48,000 bases of DNA from the NCBI GenBank assembly GCA_000331305.1, contig KB217478.1, positions 64,544 to 112,543 of the forward strand. The letters run 5' to 3'. The position numbers and the translations under genes are program-made. The notes beneath the pieces are model-generated. The model had not been told where the DNA came from. It was given only the letters and a program-made list of their open reading frames with translations, and searched no databases. This DNA is from Calothrix sp. PCC 7103. Its GTDB lineage: Bacteria > Cyanobacteriota > Cyanobacteriia > Cyanobacteriales > Nostocaceae. This document shows, piece by piece, positions 8,701-17,291 of the stretch (its first letter is position 1; each line of letters begins with the position of its first letter).

Positions 8701-9275
8701 TTGCCAGATACTTTAATTAGAGTATTTTCAACAGGCTGATAATCGTTGCTATCAAAGCAATAGATTAACTTTTGTAAAGTTGTGTTGTTGATAACTTGTT
8801 GAACATCTAAACAAGGTAAACCTGAAGAGTTCTTTGAATTATCGTTTATTAGTGTGATTAAATGCTTACCTGGTAAGACGTTGGGTTGTAAGTACAAGTT
8901 AAGCACTTGCTTTGAACCTTGGGCATTACTCAAATATCCAGCATATAAGCAGCCAAGCTCCCCACACAAATTGGGAGAATTGAAGTTAAATATATACAAG
9001 TGATTCTTTCCTCTTGTTGGAATCACAGCAACTTTAATACCACTAATTTGAGTAGATGGTAAGGTTGTATTTTGAGTAGTAGCTGATAAAAGTAGTGATT
9101 TAGGAACTGCATTAGCATTTTGCCAATTTAGAGAAGTTCCCAAACCATTATCATTACTGCAACCACTAAGGAATAAGCTGGTTATTAGTAAAGAAAATCC
9201 CAAAGCTAGGTGAAAGTAGCGCACTAAACGCACTACTTTTATATAAACAACAGAATCTAGTTTCATGATTAGCAC
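8697..9275 (-). CDS. putative lipoprotein (T4SS-associated by context)
   Basis: Signal peptide with lipobox LFLSGC. A 4-nt overlap with the T4CP gene and a 7-nt overlap with the upstream gene suggest translational coupling. Confidence 0.5.
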   Translation of the reverse strand: MLIMKLDSVVYIKVVRLVRYFHLALGFSLLITSLFLSGCSNDNGLGTSLNWQNANAVPKSLLLSATTQNTTLPSTQISGIKVAVIPTRGKNHLYIFNFNSPNLCGELGCLYAGYLSNAQGSKQVLNLYLQPNVLPGKHLITLINDNSKNSSGLPCLDVQQVINNTTLQKLIYCFDSNDYQPVENTLIKVSGK

Positions 9276-11095
9276 CCAGATGCAATATCTTTGTAGCGTT
9301 GTAATACATCGTTGGCATAATTTTTCACAGACACCCTACCAAAAATATCCTTGGCATTGCTATCAACTTGCGATGAATCTCCACCAAAGTATTTTTGAGT
9401 AACTCGTTCAACCAAACGTTCAGAAGAAAAGGTATTTTTGGTTGTTGGGTCAATTTCTTTGGATGTGCTATTAACTTTATCTGTTATTCGAGTCTCAAAT
9501 ACCGCATCTTGAGCAGCAGGGGGGAAGAATTGAAACAACTCAGATGAATCCGGTTTATAACCCCCAGATAATTTGGCTAAAAACTCTTGACCTCCTTCAA
9601 CTTGAGCTATTTGCTGCTGTACATCTGGGTCGTAACTCTTGACTTGATACTTGCCCAAAGCAACACCACAATTAGTCTCACCATCAACACAAGTGTAAGT
9701 TCCAATTGCGTTGTAATCACCATCTCTACTTTCAACATCATTGATTGATTTACTCAGTGCTGCAACATTGACTCCTTGGATAGTTTCTGTTGGTTGACAA
9801 TTATTTTGAGTAGAAGTTTGTACAACTTCGGAGTTTGGTGAGTTAGAGGCGCCTGTTTTGGTTTTAATGTTACTGTTTTGTGTTTGAGTACTAGTTGGCG
9901 CAATACTATCTTCAGCACCGATAAAGATTGGTGCATTTACCCTATATGTCATGAATGGAACTGGACCAATAAAATAAGGAGTGGCGCCGCAAATATTTTT
10001 AAACCTGAAGAATAAAGCAGTGTCAACGGTATCGGTTTTTTCATTTGGTTCCATCACTACTACTTTGAAAGCACTACCAAAAGGCAACCTTCCTGTAGGT
10101 TCTTTACCACCATTCACTCCTTTCAAACAACCCCAACCACCCGAGACTTTTTGATACTTACCACTAATCCATGAGCGTCCTTCAAATTCTCTCCTAATAT
10201 TACGCCCTGAATTTTCTAAATCGTCGAGTTCAATATAAGGACAACTTTGCCCAGAACAAGGAACAGTAAAACCAGCTACATCTGAACCTGATACCGTTCG
10301 TTGGCGCCGTTTTTCTTCTTTACCCTTTAGGAAATCTATCCTAGCTACGGTATTACCAGACTCATTGAGCTTTATAGGAAATGAAGCTAAAGATAAAGAA
10401 TTGAGTAGAGGTACATCTTTAATTAAACTATTTTGCCAACCAGTAAAGTTAGATAATTGTACTGTTTCAATACCTGGAATATCGGCAACGGTGTATGGAG
10501 ATAAATCAATTTGGTTAAGCTTTAACTTTCCTAATGCCGAATCAGGCGCCACAATTTCCCTTAGTGGACTGTTTAGATTTGTTTGAGGAGACTTTGTTTG
10601 TAACAGTTTCGCAAGTGGTGGAACTTGTGCTGCACTCTTGGATTCCAAGGACGGTACAGCATCAACTAACTCTTCAAGAGTTTGTTGTCCCAATAGTGGG
10701 AAGCTATCTAAACTAAAAGTATCTAAATCAGGATAATTAAGAGTTTGAGCAATCGTATTCAAACTTAACAAATCCGGTCGTAGCGCTTCATCAATATCAC
10801 CCAACGTTAAATATTTATCTGGTGTATCTCCTTGGTGCCACTTCCTATCTATTCCATTAACATTAACTGAACCGCTTTCTGCAATAGCAGGCATTCTACT
10901 AAACGATATCTGGCTCCAGTCTGGCAATAGAACATTAGTATTTCCAGAAGTAGTGAGAGTACGAGTTGGCAAATCCCGCTTCTGCGTTGAGTCAACTTGA
11001 GCATTGGACAAAACTAAGTGCCAAGGTTTAAGCCAAAATATTATTACCAAACATACAGAGAATGTAAGTAAGGCTCCAAATCGAAATATCTTCAT
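9269..11095 (-). CDS. secreted/membrane-anchored 608-aa protein with possible C-terminal lysozyme-like (VirB1-role) domain
   Basis: N-terminal hydrophobic helix (FGALLTFSVCLVIIFWL). The C-terminal segment INDVESRDGDYNAIG...GVALGKYQV resembles the ES...Y.A.....G.YQ pattern of lytic transglycosylase / lysozyme-like domains. This is a motif-level guess only. Confidence 0.4.
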   Translation of the reverse strand: MKIFRFGALLTFSVCLVIIFWLKPWHLVLSNAQVDSTQKRDLPTRTLTTSGNTNVLLPDWSQISFSRMPAIAESGSVNVNGIDRKWHQGDTPDKYLTLGDIDEALRPDLLSLNTIAQTLNYPDLDTFSLDSFPLLGQQTLEELVDAVPSLESKSAAQVPPLAKLLQTKSPQTNLNSPLREIVAPDSALGKLKLNQIDLSPYTVADIPGIETVQLSNFTGWQNSLIKDVPLLNSLSLASFPIKLNESGNTVARIDFLKGKEEKRRQRTVSGSDVAGFTVPCSGQSCPYIELDDLENSGRNIRREFEGRSWISGKYQKVSGGWGCLKGVNGGKEPTGRLPFGSAFKVVVMEPNEKTDTVDTALFFRFKNICGATPYFIGPVPFMTYRVNAPIFIGAEDSIAPTSTQTQNSNIKTKTGASNSPNSEVVQTSTQNNCQPTETIQGVNVAALSKSINDVESRDGDYNAIGTYTCVDGETNCGVALGKYQVKSYDPDVQQQIAQVEGGQEFLAKLSGGYKPDSSELFQFFPPAAQDAVFETRITDKVNSTSKEIDPTTKNTFSSERLVERVTQKYFGGDSSQVDSNAKDIFGRVSVKNYANDVLQRYKDIASGC

Positions 11096-11147
11096 AAACC
11101 TGTAATTAAGTGATTTATGAAAAATTATCGATGATTTCTATAATATC

Positions 11148-11167
11148 CGTACTCGACTGGAGACGTA
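11148..11167. promoter_or_regulatory. conserved box CGTAC-N-GACTGGAGACGTA, copy 1 (upstream of the 608-aa gene)
   Basis: cgtactcgactggagacgta is near-identical to 26948-26968 (cgtacctagactggagacgta), and the GACTGGAG core recurs at 1581-1588. TATAAT lies 4 nt to its left on the plus strand. Confidence 0.4.
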
Positions 11168-11194
11168 AGCAAACATGTTTTTGGTATAGATTAA

Positions 11195-13009
11195 TTATTC
11201 AACAAGTGATAATTCCTCCAAAGGTACATAATTAGCATAGTACTCAAGCTTTGCTTCATCCCCCTCTATCCTAGAAATCACAAAGGGTTGCCAACTCTGT
11301 AAGTGTGGATAACAGTTGTCCCACATTACTTTATCTCCAACTCTTAAATTACTAAGAGAGTCTGAACTTAAAGTTGTATCTGATATTTCTGGCTCAACTT
11401 CTACTTTTTCATTATTGGTCTCAAATTTGTGCTTGAGTTCATGTATTCGCGTTTTTTGTTCCGAGTCAAGTAATTCCCAGGATAGTAATTTCAATTCGTT
11501 TGGGCAATTTTGCATTATAGCCACTACTTCTTCTGACCAGGTTTCAAGACCGGATAAATATTCTGCAATTATTACCGCTTCTTCTAGTATTGAATCGGCA
11601 TCACTACTGACTTCTGAATCGGCACCACTATCAAATACGACTACTGACTCATTAATGTCCGAACTATTAACATTGTTGTGAGCTTCTAAATTGGCGCCAT
11701 TATCAAATGCTTCTACTGTCTCTATAACATCTACATTATTAACCTCACTATTGACTTCTGAATCGGCACCAGTATCAAACACAACTACTGACTCACTAAT
11801 GTTCGAGCTATTAACATCGTTGTGAGCTTCTTTTGCGGCGCCATTATCAAATGTTGCTACTGGCTCAACAACATTTACATAATTAATCTCACTGTTGACT
11901 TCTTTTGCGGCGCCACTATTAAACACGACTACTGACTCATTGATGTCCAAGCTATTAATATTGTCATTAACTTTTAAATCAGCTTCATCGCAGCTTACTA
12001 CTATTGGCTCACTAACATCCGAATTATGAACTTCCGAATCTAATTTTGCTCTTTGTAGTTCTTCGCTATTAGATGATTGTAGTTGAGTGTCTGTGTTCGT
12101 AGAAGTAGAGTTAGGCGCCTCAACGTTCCCATTCGTATTAATTCTCTCAAAATCAAAAAGGCTTTTTCTTAAACCATCGTTTAACTCTTGAGAATTCTCT
12201 ACCCGGACTAACTCTCCTGACTCGTAAGCTTCAACTAGTGACATTGCTTGTCTAACAACAGTTTGGGGAAGTACGCCTTTTTCTTTAACGATTCTTTGTA
12301 TGGTAGTACCAGTGAACTCATCCGATTCGTGAATAGATCCAATTTGGCAATACCTCTTACCTGATATGTTACGGCGCCAAACACTCACATCTTTAGTGGT
12401 ATCCGAATTATTGTCATCCGAGGTTTCTTCTTTTTGAGGTTTACGACTAAGTTTGATTAATTCGCGTACTCTTTTTTGAGTAATATTAGCCTCATTTTTA
12501 AGCTGCTCAATCACTGGTTGGTACTTTTTGTTATTTTTAGCAAGCAAAAATATTGTGTCAGGTTCAACTAAAGCTAAATCTTGAGGGTCAAAGCCAACGA
12601 ATGTCTTACCAACTTTTACATACTTCTTGTCCTCTCCTTCCAAATCCAGAGATACAACTACTTTTTTATACTCTTTTCTCTTCAGTATGCGTTCTTGCTC
12701 CTCCAAGTAGAAAGAGACCTCAAGAATATTTATGCTGCCTCTTTGCAGTTTTCTTGAGGCTTCAGCATACTTATATAGTACATATGACTTCTTCGCATAC
12801 TGCTCCTTCTTGACCTCTCCCGATGCTGGTGAGTCACTTATTACGTCGAAGCCTTGATTTTGTGCCATCATATGTTCATACCCTCCAAAGCAAATTTGTA
12901 TTGTTGCGGTGGAAGCAGTTGAAACGAGAACATAGAAATCGCGTTTCAACTGCGGAGCGTCAAACATAGATAAACCTTTGTCAGAGGTTTTTGTTTGACG
13001 TTGAATCAA
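11195..13009 (-). CDS. acidic 604-aa protein with internal tandem repeats; function unknown
   Basis: Long ORF heading a leftward operon. The central Asn/Ser/Glu/Val-rich region repeats with a 24/48-aa period (ESVVVFDxGADSEVNSEVNNVDVIETVEAFDNGANLEAHNNVNSS). Confidence 0.6.
   Translation of the reverse strand: MIQRQTKTSDKGLSMFDAPQLKRDFYVLVSTASTATIQICFGGYEHMMAQNQGFDVISDSPASGEVKKEQYAKKSYVLYKYAEASRKLQRGSINILEVSFYLEEQERILKRKEYKKVVVSLDLEGEDKKYVKVGKTFVGFDPQDLALVEPDTIFLLAKNNKKYQPVIEQLKNEANITQKRVRELIKLSRKPQKEETSDDNNSDTTKDVSVWRRNISGKRYCQIGSIHESDEFTGTTIQRIVKEKGVLPQTVVRQAMSLVEAYESGELVRVENSQELNDGLRKSLFDFERINTNGNVEAPNSTSTNTDTQLQSSNSEELQRAKLDSEVHNSDVSEPIVVSCDEADLKVNDNINSLDINESVVVFNSGAAKEVNSEINYVNVVEPVATFDNGAAKEAHNDVNSSNISESVVVFDTGADSEVNSEVNNVDVIETVEAFDNGANLEAHNNVNSSDINESVVVFDSGADSEVSSDADSILEEAVIIAEYLSGLETWSEEVVAIMQNCPNELKLLSWELLDSEQKTRIHELKHKFETNNEKVEVEPEISDTTLSSDSLSNLRVGDKVMWDNCYPHLQSWQPFVISRIEGDEAKLEYYANYVPLEELSLVE
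11600..11965. repeat. intragenic tandem repeat, ~144-bp unit made of two ~72-bp half-units, about 2.5 copies
   Basis: DNA units such as gacttctgaatcggcaccactatcaaatacgactactgactc recur at ~11607, ~11751 and ~11895, with related half-units in between. Confidence 0.7.
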
Positions 13010-13196
13010 ATTTTGTCTAAAGCGACTGCTAAATTCTTGCCGGAATAGCAGCCGTCTTTATTTTGTCTTCACATAATTATATCGTGCATTCTGCAATACA
13101 CATTAATAGATATGTATTTCTTTACAGTGAAAGAAAATAAGAAGTAGAATTGGAATAAACAAATTTCATACATAGTTTTATTAGCTGTTAAATTTG

Positions 13197-13475
13197 ATGC
13201 AAGTAACACTTACGGTTAACATTGAAGGTTTGGGTGCCAAAATCAGACAGGCTAGGGAGTCTAAAGGGCTGAAGCCAACATGGGTTGCAGCTCAAGCTGG
13301 TATGAGTGTGCCTAATTTATACCGAATTGAAGTCGAAGATTCTAAGTCCATTCCGCTTGATACATTAAAAAGGCTCAGTCATGCAGTCGGTATCGATTTT
13401 GTTGGTATTGATGTCAAAAATGCTCTAATTGAGGATTTTGATATTTCTACTCCTACTGCTGTCCAAAAATCTTGA
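13197..13475 (+). CDS. XRE-family helix-turn-helix transcriptional regulator
   Basis: LGAKIRQARESKGLKPTWVAAQAGMSVPNLYRIE is a typical Cro/C1 HTH. The gene is divergent from the leftward operon that starts at 13009. Confidence 0.75.
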   Translation: MQVTLTVNIEGLGAKIRQARESKGLKPTWVAAQAGMSVPNLYRIEVEDSKSIPLDTLKRLSHAVGIDFVGIDVKNALIEDFDISTPTAVQKS

Positions 13476-13557
13476 ATTTACTTGTGTTTGGTTGAAAAAC
13501 CTCGCAATTATACCTCCTAGTTACAAAGAAAAATTTCTATTAACTTATTTATTCGCT

Positions 13558-13592
13558 GGGCGCCTGGGTTCAAACTGGGCGCCCTCTTTTCT
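13558..13592 (+). terminator. candidate intrinsic terminator built from two GGCGCC sites
   Basis: GGGCGCC (13558-13564) pairs with GGCGCCC (13578-13584) around a 13-nt loop, followed by TCTTTTCT. Confidence 0.45.
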
Positions 13593-13742
13593 GCTTATCA
13601 ACCAATTTTTATCTATTTCTATTATATTATTTTTAGCAAACAAAAAATATATTCAAACATAAAAATATTGCATTAATGCATAAAATGTATGAGTTATAGC
13701 AAAAGTTGTATGATTGGAACATATGGGGGTACGATAGGAATC

Positions 13743-14015
13743 ATGAAAAAGTTGTATTGTCGCTTAGGCGTGTTGATGGCAGAAAAAGACCCGCAGTTGT
13801 CTCAAAGGCAGCTAGCTAAAGAAGTAGGACTCGACATTACGACCATTAACCGTTTATTTACAAACAATTTTGGTAGAGTCGATATTGCTACGGTAGAAGC
13901 ATTGTGTAACTACTTTGACAAAGAAGTAGGTGAATTGTTTGAAATGAGAAAACCTGAAGATATCCCACAGAGAAAGACACGTAAACGTTCTAAGCTTGAT
14001 ACGGCGCCGTTATAA
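13743..14015 (+). CDS. XRE-family helix-turn-helix transcriptional regulator
   Basis: LSQRQLAKEVGLDITTINRLFTNNFGRVDIATVEALCNYF (HTH_26/Cro-like). The ATG at 13743 has AGGA 4-5 nt upstream; the ORF track starts at 13689. Confidence 0.7.
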   Translation: MKKLYCRLGVLMAEKDPQLSQRQLAKEVGLDITTINRLFTNNFGRVDIATVEALCNYFDKEVGELFEMRKPEDIPQRKTRKRSKLDTAPL

Positions 14016-14042
14016 GTAGTATAAATGTTGCTAATATCACCT

Positions 14043-15608
14043 TTAACTACCAAACAAAACGGTTGGCGCCTTAGCCCATCTACTTTTATCTGGCGATGCT
14101 GCTGGTCGTGCATAAAAAGCCTTGTTGCGAATCTCAACAATTTTGTCTTCTTCTCGAATCATGCTGGGGGTGAAACTATTTCGTTGCTCAATAAAATCTC
14201 CGACTGTTACTTGTAAAGCTGAAAGTGCGAGTTCTTCGCCTAAAAATTGCTTACTGTTTCGGTAAAAAGCTGTTTCTGCGGTTTTTCTGACAATAAGGGC
14301 GATTTCAGCAGGAGTTAAGAGTTTAGTTTCTCCTAGCAGGCGCCACCAGTCTTTATCGCTAAAATCTAAACCTGGAAAGTATTTTGCTAGGTGCAACTTG
14401 AATATTTCGTACCTGGCGCCTGCATGAGGCAGGTCTACAAAAATAATGTCATCAAAACGGCGTACAAGTTCAGGGGGTAAAAATTCTAATCTATTGACTG
14501 TTGCCATTACCAGTACTTGAGAGGTTCGCTCTTGCATCCAGGTCAGCAACTTTCCTGCTAATTGACGAGATATTCCACCATCATTATCTGAGTAGAAACC
14601 AGCGAAACCTTTATCAAAATCGTCAAAATATAGAACTAAACCATGTTCCCCGTTCGCATCACAGAATTTTAGAAACTCCCGTAAATTTTTTCTTGACTCA
14701 AAAGCAGTGGCGCCACGTAGTCCTGACCAGTCGGCAGCAACCATTGGTACACCCATTTTAGAAGCTGCGAGTTTTGCACTTAAGGATTTACCTGTACCAG
14801 GTGGTCCCCATAAAATCATTCCCTTTGGAAATTTGAGATTATGGTTTTTGGCTTCAGGTTTGAGTAAAGCTCCCGCACGCTCTAGTATTTCCTCTAATAA
14901 ATCTAAACCTCCAGCTTCTGGGACATCCGGTGAGCTAATAAATTCAACTCCCTGCCCCTTCAACTTGTTTTTCTTATAAGCTAAGACTGCATTAACTAGT
15001 TCTTCATTACTATTAATGGCCCTTGATAATCTCAAGAGAGCCATTTCCAGTTCGCCACAAGGCAAACCTAGACAGCTTCGATAAAGATTTTCATCTTTCA
15101 AATCAAACTGACCTCCAAAAATTTTCTTCACTATTTGTTGTAATTGTTCTGGACTAGTATGCTCATAAGCTAGAACTGGAATTAACGGCGCCAGATGTGC
15201 AGGTAGCTCGACATAAGTCTCTAAGCAAACAACGAACTGCTGTCTTACACTTGTAGATAGCTCGTAAAATAAATTACTAAGTATCGCTTGTGTATGCTGT
15301 GAAACGGCGCCAGTAATAGTATCTGGAGAAATCTCGCTTTCAAAGATAAATATCCCTGTTGCATCAGCGTTTTCCAATAGCCAAGCTAAACCCGAAGTGC
15401 ATTTGCTTGTTTGCCTATTAAGCTGTAATGATTGATTAACTTGCTGCAACTGCGTGTAACCTTGATTCCAAAAATATAGATTTTGTCCGCGACTAGTAGC
15501 AATCTGATACACCAACTCTAGTATTTTCATACGTTCGGTAAGTGGCGCCTCGACTGCGACAACAGTTTGTCCGTGGTCAAATAGCATTGGTAAATCTTTG
15601 AGCAGCAT
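14043..15608 (-). CDS. AAA+ family ATPase (classic clade) with ~250-aa unknown N-terminal domain
   Basis: Walker A ILWGPPGTGKSLSAKL, Walker B GLVLYFDDFDK, sensor-1/Arg-finger region VLVMATVNRLEFLPPELVRRFD. It is the last gene of the T4SS operon, 2 nt from the upstream gene. Confidence 0.85.
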   Translation of the reverse strand: MLLKDLPMLFDHGQTVVAVEAPLTERMKILELVYQIATSRGQNLYFWNQGYTQLQQVNQSLQLNRQTSKCTSGLAWLLENADATGIFIFESEISPDTITGAVSQHTQAILSNLFYELSTSVRQQFVVCLETYVELPAHLAPLIPVLAYEHTSPEQLQQIVKKIFGGQFDLKDENLYRSCLGLPCGELEMALLRLSRAINSNEELVNAVLAYKKNKLKGQGVEFISSPDVPEAGGLDLLEEILERAGALLKPEAKNHNLKFPKGMILWGPPGTGKSLSAKLAASKMGVPMVAADWSGLRGATAFESRKNLREFLKFCDANGEHGLVLYFDDFDKGFAGFYSDNDGGISRQLAGKLLTWMQERTSQVLVMATVNRLEFLPPELVRRFDDIIFVDLPHAGARYEIFKLHLAKYFPGLDFSDKDWWRLLGETKLLTPAEIALIVRKTAETAFYRNSKQFLGEELALSALQVTVGDFIEQRNSFTPSMIREEDKIVEIRNKAFYARPAASPDKSRWAKAPTVLFGS

Positions 15609-15610
15609 GG

Positions 15611-16516
15611 CTATTTTTGATAAGTGGGTAAATAGGTTTTACGATAGTTAGTCTTTGCCCATTTTTTAGCTTGTTTGATAGTCCACATTGGTTCGCTTGG
15701 CAAGTCAGGTATATTGGCTAGTTGATTAAGGTAAGTCAAATCACCTGCAACGCGCGCTATAACCGAAGCGATAAATTTACAGCAACTGTATGGGTATTTA
15801 ACTGCTTGCTTTTCACTAAAGCGAATTACTACCCAGTTATTACTGGTAAAAAATTTATTTCTCATATCATCTTTACCCTGGTTAAGGCAATGGTGAGGAG
15901 CTTTGGTATTACCGACATAAGGCTCGTCAATTTCAATATCAATACTTAAATTACTGTCGTGTACGAGTATAAAATCGGCAGAATATGGGTAAGAAAATTC
16001 TGGATTATCAAATGCCATCCCTTGAGTTACCGAACCAAATAGGCGCCTGAGTACCTGGTAAAAAGCTTTCTCAGAAACTCCTGCGGGTGCATCACTTTTA
16101 CTTGTCGGCTGCAAGACGTTGTTCGAGAGTAAGTAGCTCAGTTTAGCTTCATGTTCAGGAAAACGTAAAACAGCTTTGGGTTTTATGACTGGCGTTTGTA
16201 TTTGATTCATATTTTGATTACCTGACTTTTGAGTGGGCAGGGGTGACAAAGCGCAGACAATACCTAAACCAATTGATGACCAAAGAAGTGCAACTAACCA
16301 CCAAGGAGATAAGGCGCCAAAAGATACTGGGATAAGAAAACCGAGTAAAAAGTATAGGAATTGATAGAGTTTAAATGATGCATTACGTTTTGATAAGTTA
16401 GAAATTTGACTTGATTTAAAGTTAATAGCATGGTGTTTTTGACTAGGTACAGGGTTGTTTGCAAGAAAACTGAGTATTGAAGCTGGATAGATTACAGCAG
16501 GGTAAAATTTGCTCAC
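15611..16516 (-). CDS. membrane-anchored protein with C-terminal DUF559/Vsr-like (PD-(D/E)xK fold) endonuclease-type domain
   Basis: Two predicted TM helices (FLYFLLGFLIPVSFGAL, WWLVALLWSSIGLGIVCAL). The C-terminus ADFILVHDSNLSIDIEIDEPY...DDMRNKFFTSNNWVVIRFSEKQ fits the DF...iEvDg...D..R...L...Gw.vlRf pattern. Confidence 0.5.
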   Translation of the reverse strand: MSKFYPAVIYPASILSFLANNPVPSQKHHAINFKSSQISNLSKRNASFKLYQFLYFLLGFLIPVSFGALSPWWLVALLWSSIGLGIVCALSPLPTQKSGNQNMNQIQTPVIKPKAVLRFPEHEAKLSYLLSNNVLQPTSKSDAPAGVSEKAFYQVLRRLFGSVTQGMAFDNPEFSYPYSADFILVHDSNLSIDIEIDEPYVGNTKAPHHCLNQGKDDMRNKFFTSNNWVVIRFSEKQAVKYPYSCCKFIASVIARVAGDLTYLNQLANIPDLPSEPMWTIKQAKKWAKTNYRKTYLPTYQK

Positions 16517-17283
16517 CTATTTGTTGAGTTCTCTACCATAGGAAGTTTTAACGAATCTGTAGGAATCTGGTTAGGTAATGTGTTTAGTCGTACTTTTAAA
16601 CTATCTTCGATGCCTAATACTCCTAATTCCGTTAATACTCTTAGTGACAAATTAGAGTTTTGTGCAATTTCTACCAATGATTTATTTGAGGTATTTCGGG
16701 CAAGGGCTAAAAATTCTCTAACCTTTGATACTACTGGGTCAGATGCGGGAGCGTAACCTAAACGTATTGACGCAACTAAGCCGCGCTCAATATCTCCTAA
16801 TGTTGCTTTGCGCCCGTCACCAAGCTCTAAAGCAAGATTATTAATTTGGCTAGCCTTGATTGGCGCCATATTTACTGTGCTATATCGTGGTTGATTTTCT
16901 TCTCCTGGCTGGATATTAAACGTATAAAGCCGTGGGTTTCCTGCACTAGTTTTAGTTTTGACAAATAAGTTCGTAACGTTTGCTGTAGTCAAATTTGGAA
17001 ATTTTAACGGCTTGATTTGGCGAAGAAACACTGTTGTTGCTTGACCATTGGATAATGGAGTATCGGTTGCGTAAGTAAAACGACTGGGGTCAGCAAGAAA
17101 AATTTGGGTTATTTGTTCGTTGACATCAGAGAAATCAATCGCTGTTGCTCGACCTGACCAAACTTGAACATTTATTGAAGGGTCTATAGTTTCCGGAGTG
17201 CGTTTTGTAGATTCTTGTGCATGAGATGGCGCCACAAAAACCATAATGCTAAAACTAATCACGCTTATAATAAATTTTTTCAT
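16513..17283 (-). CDS. secreted protein, VirB9/TrbG-like by architecture
   Basis: Signal peptide (MVFVAPSHA/QE). The N-terminal segment ATAIDFSD..ITQIFLADPSRF...TNLFVKTKT....RLYTFNI matches the VirB9 N-domain pattern. Not verified by search. Confidence 0.4.
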   Translation of the reverse strand: MKKFIISVISFSIMVFVAPSHAQESTKRTPETIDPSINVQVWSGRATAIDFSDVNEQITQIFLADPSRFTYATDTPLSNGQATTVFLRQIKPLKFPNLTTANVTNLFVKTKTSAGNPRLYTFNIQPGEENQPRYSTVNMAPIKASQINNLALELGDGRKATLGDIERGLVASIRLGYAPASDPVVSKVREFLALARNTSNKSLVEIAQNSNLSLRVLTELGVLGIEDSLKVRLNTLPNQIPTDSLKLPMVENSTNR

Positions 17284-17291
17284 ACAGGTAT

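Noticed and set aside
11600-11965. Tandem repeats in the 604-aa gene as a diversity-generating retroelement template/variable pair
   Set aside because: No reverse transcriptase is in the window. The repeats are adjacent and in-frame, and the differences are not adenine-specific. Ordinary tandem duplication explains them.
13577-13586. GGGCGCCCTC resembles the MOBQ-type oriT nick core (..GTGCGCCCT..), suggesting an oriT
   Set aside because: GGCGCC is present 74 times, so GGCGCCCT-like words arise repeatedly by chance (for example at 3736 and 43643). This site is 10 kb from the relaxase. It is better explained as a two-HIP terminator hairpin. A true oriT is more likely in the AT-rich 2760-3086 region upstream of the MobC-like gene, which includes the short palindrome agtcta-ca-tagact, but I cannot pinpoint a nick site.
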